A stretch of DNA of 64,000 nucleotides from Phycisphaerae bacterium (GTDB lineage Bacteria > Planctomycetota > Phycisphaerae > UBA1845 > Fen-1342), in assembly GCA_963675745.2 (NCBI GenBank), contig CAXXWX010000019.1, positions 224,001-288,000 on the forward strand, given 5' to 3'. Every line of letters starts with the position of its first letter. Positions within the stretch are counted from its first letter, which is position 1. Positions 57,014-64,000 of this stretch are shown in pieces. Position numbers and translations under genes: made by a program. The notes below the pieces were generated by a model, which saw nothing but the letters and a program-made list of their open reading frames with translations, was not told where the DNA came from and ran no database searches.

Positions 57014-57850
57014 ATGACAGACGCGCGTCACAACGCCAACACCGATCTTGCCGAAATCGCCCGGCGAATCCGCGTCCACGCGATCCGGATGGTCAACCGG
57101 GCCGGCGCGCCGCACATCGGCACCTCGCTCTCAATGGCCGACATACTCGCGGTGATGTACTTCAACGTGCTGCGCATCGATCCGCGAAACCCTGACCAGC
57201 CGCAGCGCGACCGCTTCATCATCAGCAAAGGACACGGCGCCGCGGCCTACTTCGCCGCCTTGGCGCTGCGCGGCTTTTTCCCCGAGAAGTGGCTCGAGTC
57301 TTACAGCCAGGACGGCGCCAAGCTGGCCGGCCATGTCACCAGTCACGGTGTGCCGGGCGTGGAGTTCTCCTCGGGCTCGCTCGGGCACGGCCTCTCCGTA
57401 GCCTGTGGCATCGCCCTGGCAGCCCGGGCCGACAAGCAGGATCAGCGTGCGTTTGCCCTGCTGAGCGACGGCGAGTGTGATGAAGGCTCCACGTGGGAGG
57501 CGGCGCTCTTCGCCGGTCACCACCAACTCGATAACCTCACGGCCATCATCGATTACAACAAGATCCAGAGCTTCGGCACCGTCAAGGACGTGCTCGACCT
57601 CGAACCCCTCGCCGACAAGTGGCGCAGCTTTGGCTGGTCTGCGCACGAGGTGGACGGCCACGACGTCGCGGCGTTGTCAAGCGTGCTCACCGGGCTGCCG
57701 CGCGAGACCGGCAAACCGACGGCGATTATTGCCCACACCATCAAGGGCAAGGGCGTCTCATATATGGAGAACCAACTGCTCTATCACTATCGCACGCCCA
57801 AAGGCGACGACTTCGCCAAGGCGCTGGCCGAGCTCGGAGCGACGCCGTGA
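57014..57850 (+). CDS. Transketolase-like protein, N-terminal TPP-binding subunit
   Basis: RDRFIISKGH, SGSLGHGL, SDGECDEGSTWEA, HTIKGKG. Confidence 0.92.
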   Translation: MTDARHNANTDLAEIARRIRVHAIRMVNRAGAPHIGTSLSMADILAVMYFNVLRIDPRNPDQPQRDRFIISKGHGAAAYFAALALRGFFPEKWLESYSQDGAKLAGHVTSHGVPGVEFSSGSLGHGLSVACGIALAARADKQDQRAFALLSDGECDEGSTWEAALFAGHHQLDNLTAIIDYNKIQSFGTVKDVLDLEPLADKWRSFGWSAHEVDGHDVAALSSVLTGLPRETGKPTAIIAHTIKGKGVSYMENQLLYHYRTPKGDDFAKALAELGATP

Positions 57851-58755
57851 GAACCGCGTTTATCGAAACGCTCTGCGAGTGTGCCGCGGAGGACGAGCGC
57901 ATCTGGCTGCTGTGCGGCGACCTTGGATTCTCGGTGCTGGAGCGGTTCTCCGAGAAGTTCCCCGAGCGCTATATCAACGCCGGCGTCGCCGAGCAGAACA
58001 TGACGGGCCTCGCCGCCGGGCTGGCCCTCTCGGGTAAGATCGCCTTCACCTACTCGATCGCGAATTTCCCGACTTTCCGTTGCCTCGAACAGATTCGCAA
58101 CGACGTCTGCTATCACGCCGCCAACGTCAAAGTCGTTGCGGTCGGTGGCGGCTTTGCCTATGGATCTCTGGGTTACACGCACCACGGAATCGAAGACCTG
58201 GCCATCATGCGCGTTCTGCCCGGCATGACGGTGCTGGCCCCCGGCGACCCGGTCGAGGCGCGCCTGGCCACCCGCGCCGCTGTCGAGACCGCCGGCCCTG
58301 TGTATCTGCGTCTCGGCAAAGCCGGCGAGCCGCTTGTTCACGAACACGTGCCGGCCTTCGAACTCGGCAAAGCCATACGTGTGCGCGAAGGCACCGACCT
58401 GACACTCATCAGCACCGGCGGTATGCTCCGGACCACCGTTGACACGGCGGCGGCGCTTGCCGCGAAGGGCATTAGGGCGCGCGTTCTCAGTATGCACACG
58501 CTCAAGCCGCTCGACGACGCGGCCATTGTCGCCGCCGCGCGCGAGACCGGCGCGATTATCACGGTCGAGGAACACCGTAAGACCGGCGGACTCGGCTCGG
58601 CCGTCGCGGAGACGTTAGCTGAATCCGGTATGGCGGTGAAATTCACCCGCTGGGCCGCCCCCGACGAGCTCTGCCACGAGATTGGTGGCCAGGAGTTCCT
58701 GCGCAACCTCGGCGGCGATCTTTGCGAAATGGCGATCAAGCTGCTCACGGGGTAA
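57847..58755 (+). CDS. Transketolase-like protein, C-terminal subunit
   Basis: NAGVAEQN, RCLEQIRND, GYTHH, GPVYLRL, TVEEH...GGLGS; GTGA overlap. Confidence 0.92.
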   Translation: MRTAFIETLCECAAEDERIWLLCGDLGFSVLERFSEKFPERYINAGVAEQNMTGLAAGLALSGKIAFTYSIANFPTFRCLEQIRNDVCYHAANVKVVAVGGGFAYGSLGYTHHGIEDLAIMRVLPGMTVLAPGDPVEARLATRAAVETAGPVYLRLGKAGEPLVHEHVPAFELGKAIRVREGTDLTLISTGGMLRTTVDTAAALAAKGIRARVLSMHTLKPLDDAAIVAAARETGAIITVEEHRKTGGLGSAVAETLAESGMAVKFTRWAAPDELCHEIGGQEFLRNLGGDLCEMAIKLLTG

Positions 58756-58764
58756 CATCATCGC

Positions 58765-58826
58765 GTGCCACGGCTCTGTGAGCCGTGTTATCCAAACCCG
58801 GCGCACGGCCAGCAGAGCCGTGGCAC
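58765..58826. repeat. REP-like inverted doublet, family 1
   Basis: GTGCCACGGCTCTGTGAGCCGTG ... CACGGCCAGCAGAGCCGTGGCAC. Confidence 0.88.
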
Positions 58827-58852
58827 ACGCCGGCCAGCGCCAGAGACCGCCT

Positions 58853-59812
58853 GTGAACGAAACCAGACGGAAGCTGATCTCGGTCAACACGCCTTGCTTC
58901 CGCGAGGAGGACACGGTTCGCGAGTGTTACGAGACGGTCAAGCGCCTCTTCGCTGAGCAGTTGCCCGACTACGATTACGAGCACATCTTTTGTGACAACG
59001 CCTCACCCGATCGTACCGCCGAGATTCTCCGCGAGATTGCCGACCACGATCCGCGCGTCAAGGTCATCCTCAACAGCCGTAATTTCGGCCCCTTCGCCAA
59101 TATCTTCAACGGCCTGATGAGCGCCGGCGGCGACGCGGTGGTCGTCATGCTGCCGTGCGATCTTCAGGACCCGCCCGAGGTAATCGTCGAATTCGTCAAA
59201 CGCTGGGAAGCGGGCTACAAGGTGGTCTGCGGCATTCGTGCTCAGCGGCAAGAGTCCTTCCTGATGCGTAACGTCCGCAAAGCCTACTATCGCATGGTCA
59301 ACCGCTTTGCGAACATCGACATTCCCAAGGACGTCGGAGAGTTCCAGCTCATCGATCGCGCCGTGGTGGAGGCCCTGCGCCGCTGTGATGACTACTACCC
59401 GTACATCCGCGGCATGATCGCCAACGCCGGATTTTCGACGACGGGCGTGGCGTACACGTGGCAGACGCGCAAGCGCGGCATCACCAGCAATAACCTCTAC
59501 AGCCTGATTGATCAGGGGCTTAACGGCCTGATCTCATTCACGAACATCCCGCTACGGCTCTGCCTGGGTTTCGGCCTGCTGCTGTCGATTCTCAGCATCA
59601 CATACGCCATCGTGAATCTGCTGATCAACCTGATCTTCTTCCGCAAATTCGCCGAACCGGGCATCCCGACGCTGATAGTCGCATTATTCTTCTTCTCTGG
59701 CGTGCAGCTCTTCTTCTTCGGCGTGCTGGGCGAGTACATCGGCGCGATCCACTCGCAGGTGCGCCGGCGTCCGCTGGTAACCGAACAGGAACGCATCAAC
59801 TTCGACCCCTGA
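58853..59812 (+). CDS. GT2 glycosyltransferase (GtrB/ArnC-like, polyprenol-phosphate acceptor type)
   Basis: ISVNTPCFREE, DNASPDRT, SRNFG, DLQDPPE, two C-terminal TMs, LGEYIG. Confidence 0.9.
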   Translation: MNETRRKLISVNTPCFREEDTVRECYETVKRLFAEQLPDYDYEHIFCDNASPDRTAEILREIADHDPRVKVILNSRNFGPFANIFNGLMSAGGDAVVVMLPCDLQDPPEVIVEFVKRWEAGYKVVCGIRAQRQESFLMRNVRKAYYRMVNRFANIDIPKDVGEFQLIDRAVVEALRRCDDYYPYIRGMIANAGFSTTGVAYTWQTRKRGITSNNLYSLIDQGLNGLISFTNIPLRLCLGFGLLLSILSITYAIVNLLINLIFFRKFAEPGIPTLIVALFFFSGVQLFFFGVLGEYIGAIHSQVRRRPLVTEQERINFDP

Positions 59813-59895
59813 CATCCAATTCCGCCCCCGCGCGGCTGTGACCTCGCCGCCTCGTTGCCTTGTTGCCTTGTTGCCCAGCCGTTACCATAAACGGA

Positions 59896-60390
59896 ATGCT
59901 GCGCGCACTGCTGGACATAACTCTACGAATCTCCTCGGGTCTGGGCCTGCTGCTGCTATTGGCGGCCCACGGGGAGGCATGCGCGTGGTTTGAACCGCCG
60001 GCCGAGAACCCGGATGCGCGTCAAGCCGCCGACCCTCGGACAGACGATCAGTCTTCCGGCGACGAACCCGCCGAGCCGCCACGGCCCACACTGGTGTCGT
60101 TCCTGCCGGACATTGCCGCACCGCCGCGGCGTCCGGCGCCGAGCGAGAGCGGCACGGTGTTGCCGCTGGAACGCCGAGATGTGACGGCGGCGGAGTGTGG
60201 GACGCGTGTTGAAGGCCCGCCACGAGCCGTGCCAGGCAAGGTGTTTGGTTACCCGATAGCTCATCGCCTGACCGAGATTCTGGTGCTGGCGGGCGAGCCA
60301 ACGGGGACGGCCTGGTACCAGGCGGGCAGCGCGCCGACTGATCCCTCACTCGGCACGGCGATCCTGGTTATCGGTCCGCCGCGCGTATAA
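59896..60390 (+). CDS. Secreted uORF upstream of secDF; candidate translation-arrest (monitoring) peptide
   Basis: Signal peptide (GLGLLLLLAAHGEACA), Pro/acidic disordered linker, C-terminus ILVIGPPRV*; TTGTTG-N17-TACCAT lies just upstream. Confidence 0.65.
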   Translation: MLRALLDITLRISSGLGLLLLLAAHGEACAWFEPPAENPDARQAADPRTDDQSSGDEPAEPPRPTLVSFLPDIAAPPRRPAPSESGTVLPLERRDVTAAECGTRVEGPPRAVPGKVFGYPIAHRLTEILVLAGEPTGTAWYQAGSAPTDPSLGTAILVIGPPRV

Positions 60391-60510
60391 GCTATCATCT
60401 CCTCAACGCCCGATAATCCAGGCGCACGCTGAACCCCATCATGACGGGCTCGCGTACCGCCACGAACTAAACAGCGATCACATTGCCTCACAATCAAAGG
60501 GAAGCCACTC

Positions 60511-63500
60511 ATGTGGGAAAAGAACCTAGGGCAGCGCATGCTGCTGATCGGGATCGTACTCCTGGTCTCAGTACTCTTTCTGTTCACATACAGCTACGAG
60601 ACGGGCGAGTTTGACACTCGCCTGCGCGCCGGCCTCGATATCGCCGGTGGCGTCTCGATGATCTTCGAGATCAACGACGAAGGTGTCGAGAACTGGACCA
60701 ACCTCGCCGAAGAAATGAAGCAACTCCTGCAGCGCCGCGTCGACCCGGCAGGCGTCTACGGCCTCGAATGGCGCGTCCACGGACGCAACCGTATCGAGGT
60801 ACAAATGCCGCTGCCGCCGCCTGGGATAAAGTTGCTGCGCCAGGACTATGACGAGGCGCGCAAGCAACTCGTCGACCGCAACGTTACGCGCGGCGAGCTG
60901 GAAGCGGCACTCGAGCTGACCGGTGAAGAACGCGCAGCGCGTATGCACGAGTTGGCCGACGGACAGGCGTCGCGCGAAGAGGCCCTGCTCAGCGCGGCGA
61001 AGGCCAGCGATACATACCGAGCCGCCCTGGCCGCTCTGAACGAGGCACGCGCCGCCACCACCGGTGACGTAGCACCGGAGAACATCCGCGAACTCGAGTT
61101 GGCGCTGCGCGACTCAGAAGAAGATCTCGAGGACTCAATCGAGGCGGTGCGCGCGACGAACTTCCCGTTCAGCCTGCTGGAGGAGGTGCTCGCCCGCGAT
61201 GCTTCCAAGACTCGTGATGCGCAGCTCAACGAGCTGATTGAGGGGCATCCCAACCTAAAGGCCGACATCGAGAACGTTGTTGCCAAACACGCAGCCTGGA
61301 GCGAGAAACGCACTTTCCTGGACGGTCCGGCGGACTTGCAGCGCTTGCTCCGCGGGGCCGGCGTGCTCACCTTCCGTATTCTGGCCGAACCGGCGCCGGA
61401 GAACCTGACGCGCTACGACGCACTGCGCGAGGATCTGGCCAAACGCGGTCCCAAGCTGGCGCGGACGTCCACCGAGGCCTGGTTCGAGATCGACGATCCG
61501 GTCAATTTCTTCAATCTCGATTCTCCCAACGACCTCCAGGGCAAGGATCCCAAGGACTTCGAACGCTCCGGCACGATGATCGTCGCCAAGCGCGGCGAAA
61601 CCTGGTATGTCCTGGCACGCACCGACCCGAGTGCAGAGATGAAGGGCGACAGCAAACGCTCATGGCAACTGCGCGGCGTGCGGCAGGACCGCGATGAGCT
61701 CGGCCGCCCGAGCGTCAATTTCTTCTTCGACGTGCGCGGCGGTAATCTGTTCGGTCAACTCACCGGCGCCAACGTCGAAAAGCAACTGTGTATCTTCATC
61801 GATGATGTCGCCTATTCCGCGGCGCGCATCGCCGAGAAGATCCATAGCTCGGGCCGCATCACCGGCGATTTCAGCCAGGCGAAGGTCTTGTACCTGGTCC
61901 AGACCATGCAGGCCGGTGCCCTGCCCGCGCGCCTCAAAGACACGCCGATCAGCGAGCGCACGTTGGGTTCGAGCCTGGGGGCGGCAAACCTGCACCGGGC
62001 CCTGCGCGCGGGGGTCGTGGGTGTGATCGCGGTCATGCTCGTCATGCTCGTCTACTACATGTGGGCTGGCGCGATTGCCAACGTGGCCTTGTGCTTCAAC
62101 ATCCTGCTGGTGCTGGCAGCCATGTCGATGCTTAACGCGCGGATAACGCTCGCCGGCATCGCGGGCATCATCCTGACCATCGGTATGAGCGTCGATGCCA
62201 ACGTGCTCATCTTCGAGCGCATGCGTGAGGAGAAGGCCCGCGGATCGTCATTGCGCATGATGATCAAGAACGGCTACGACAAGGCGTTTTCGACGATTAT
62301 CGATGCCAACATCACAACCCTGCTGATATGCGTGATTCTCTATTACGTCGGTAGTGAGGAAGTGAAGGGCTTCGGCCTGACGCTCGGCTGGGGTATTGTC
62401 ATCAGTCTGTTCACCGCCCTCTTCGTCACGCGCACGATTTTCTCGACGTTGCTCAAGTATCACGTCATCAAGGACGTGGCGATGCTGCATCTGATCGGCG
62501 TGCCCAAGGTCGACTGGTACGCCAAGCGGAAGTTGTTCCTGCCACTCTCGCTTGCCGTTCTGGTCGTGGGCCTGGGGCTGCTGTTCAACCGCGGAACCGA
62601 TGCGCTCGATGTCGAGTTCCGTGGCGGCGTCAGCGCCGAGCTCGAATTGCTCCAGTCACACATGACGGTTTATGACAACCAGGAGAATGCCCGTGAGATC
62701 GAAGTCAACGATATCACGTTGCGCGATGACCTGATCGCCAAGGTCGCCGATGACATAAGCCGCGACGGCGCGCGACTTGTGGAGGCCACCGTGGCGGATG
62801 TGCCTGGCGATCCGCGCAGCTTCGTGGTCGCGCTGCCCGGCGTCTCGTCAGCGCGACTGGCGGCCCTGCTGGCCGAGCCGATGGAGGACCATGATCCGAA
62901 GCTGATCGCCCGAGCCGGCATCGATATCCGCGCCGGGCGCGACGAGGTGCTCATCCGCGTGGAAGACGGCGTGAGCAAGGAGACGTTAGTCGACTTCATC
63001 CATTCGCACGCGCGCGAGGCCGAGGCGGCCGGCGAGCGCATCCGCCGCGCACAGATTGCCGCCGTCCTCGAAACCGAGTCCGAATCAAAGGCCGGCCTGA
63101 TCTGGACAATCACGACCACTGAAACCAACAAACGCCTGGTGCAGCATGTGCTGGAGAGCGCGCTGGGTGACAATCTCAACCGCCAGCCCGCGGTGAGTTT
63201 CCAGGTCCGCGGAGATGGGCGGCCCTATCCCATCACCGAGCGCCGCCTGGGCGAAGTCATCCCCGAAATCCCGGAAGCCGTTGCCGGCCGCGATGTGGGT
63301 GACTTCCTGGACGGTGCCGCGATCTACCTGGACGAGCTCAACCCGCCGCAGTCAACCGAGCACATCGCCGAGCGCCTGCGCAACATGCGCTTGCAGCCCG
63401 ATTTTCAGGACCTGCCCTGGCGCGATGCCACCGTGATCGGTGTGTCGCCGACCGGCGAGAACGACCTGGAAGGCAATGCGACGTACAGCGGCGTTGTCGT

Positions 63501-64000
63501 TCTGGTTGTCGATCCGGAAGTCTCGTACACCGAGAGCCCGGAGTCCTGGGCCGTGATGCTCGCCGATCCGGAATTGCGCCTGGCGCAGGACACGCTCTCA
63601 ACGGAGCAGGCCCTGCGTAAGGTCTCGCAGTTCAAGCCCCAGATCGCCAGTCAATCTCAGCTCAAGGCCCTGATGGCCCTGATGCTCTCGTGGCTGATGA
63701 TCATTGGCTACATGTGGCTGCGCTTCGGCCGAGTCGCATACGGCCTGGCCGGCGTGGTCGCGCTGATTCACGACGTGCTGATCGCCTTGGCCGCGGTCGG
63801 TATCAGCGGCTGGATCGGCGGCACGAATCACCCGATCGGGGAGTTCTTCCTGATCGAAGACTTCCACATCAACATGACGATCGTGGCGGCGTTCCTCACC
63901 ATCATCGGGTACTCGATCAACGACACGATTGTCATTTTCGACCGTATCCGCGAAACACGCGGTCGCCTGGGTGTGGTCACGCCGGCGGTGATCAACAACA
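60511..64000 (+). CDS. secDF: Protein translocase SecD-SecF fusion, partial (continues off the right edge)
   Basis: Manual translation from ATG 60511: LRAGLDIAGG, RIEVQMP, AGALPA, TLAGIAGIILTIGMSVDANVLIFERMREE, then SecF motifs DVEFRGG and FLTIIGYSINDTIVIFDRIRE in the same frame. Absent from the ORF track because it is truncated. Confidence 0.95.
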   Translation, partial: MWEKNLGQRMLLIGIVLLVSVLFLFTYSYETGEFDTRLRAGLDIAGGVSMIFEINDEGVENWTNLAEEMKQLLQRRVDPAGVYGLEWRVHGRNRIEVQMPLPPPGIKLLRQDYDEARKQLVDRNVTRGELEAALELTGEERAARMHELADGQASREEALLSAAKASDTYRAALAALNEARAATTGDVAPENIRELELALRDSEEDLEDSIEAVRATNFPFSLLEEVLARDASKTRDAQLNELIEGHPNLKADIENVVAKHAAWSEKRTFLDGPADLQRLLRGAGVLTFRILAEPAPENLTRYDALREDLAKRGPKLARTSTEAWFEIDDPVNFFNLDSPNDLQGKDPKDFERSGTMIVAKRGETWYVLARTDPSAEMKGDSKRSWQLRGVRQDRDELGRPSVNFFFDVRGGNLFGQLTGANVEKQLCIFIDDVAYSAARIAEKIHSSGRITGDFSQAKVLYLVQTMQAGALPARLKDTPISERTLGSSLGAANLHRALRAGVVGVIAVMLVMLVYYMWAGAIANVALCFNILLVLAAMSMLNARITLAGIAGIILTIGMSVDANVLIFERMREEKARGSSLRMMIKNGYDKAFSTIIDANITTLLICVILYYVGSEEVKGFGLTLGWGIVISLFTALFVTRTIFSTLLKYHVIKDVAMLHLIGVPKVDWYAKRKLFLPLSLAVLVVGLGLLFNRGTDALDVEFRGGVSAELELLQSHMTVYDNQENAREIEVNDITLRDDLIAKVADDISRDGARLVEATVADVPGDPRSFVVALPGVSSARLAALLAEPMEDHDPKLIARAGIDIRAGRDEVLIRVEDGVSKETLVDFIHSHAREAEAAGERIRRAQIAAVLETESESKAGLIWTITTTETNKRLVQHVLESALGDNLNRQPAVSFQVRGDGRPYPITERRLGEVIPEIPEAVAGRDVGDFLDGAAIYLDELNPPQSTEHIAERLRNMRLQPDFQDLPWRDATVIGVSPTGENDLEGNATYSGVVVLVVDPEVSYTESPESWAVMLADPELRLAQDTLSTEQALRKVSQFKPQIASQSQLKALMALMLSWLMIIGYMWLRFGRVAYGLAGVVALIHDVLIALAAVGISGWIGGTNHPIGEFFLIEDFHINMTIVAAFLTIIGYSINDTIVIFDRIRETRGRLGVVTPAVINN

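Noticed and set aside
53469..58826. CRISPR array from the GTGCCACGGCTC repeats
   Set aside because: Copies are inverted pairs dispersed over kilobases, not direct repeats with regular spacers; no cas genes.
60568..63867. Series of short ORFs, mostly minus-strand, at the right end
   Set aside because: All overlap the single plus-strand secDF frame, which the ORF track missed because it lacks a stop within the window.

Overview
GC-rich bacterial chromosomal segment. It is most likely Planctomycetota (Phycisphaerae-like), inferred from an AFTLxE/H-X9-DG prepilin-type protein, a planctomycete-style dockerin-like C-terminus and a binding-protein/permease fusion. Most of the window is ordinary housekeeping and envelope content: ABC, OPT and SSS transporters, DUF368, AMMECR1, ispF, GH3, a FliA/WhiG sigma factor, an amidase, NamZ, VKOR-DsbA, a CDP-3,6-dideoxyhexose cluster (rfbFGH) with a split transketolase, and a fused secDF that runs off the right edge. 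The standout is an apparently intact ~7 kb minus-strand operon (18505-25480) of Mu-like HEAD genes only: portal, GNAT acetyltransferase, protease/scaffold, cement protein, gpT capsid and gp36 connector, followed by one small soluble protein and four holin-like, lipoprotein or unknown genes. It has no terminase, gpF, tail, endolysin, transposase, repressor or visible att sites and is wedged between host genes, so it is a candidate domesticated phage-capsid system. Other notable items are a secreted uORF ending in IGPP upstream of secDF (candidate arrest peptide), a candidate ECF-promoter sRNA with anti-Shine-Dalgarno motifs, two REP-like palindrome families, heptamer-built inverted repeats and an unannotated 36-aa membrane protein. 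All family calls come from motif recognition by eye; no database search was run. No rRNA, tRNA or CRISPR array was recognised.
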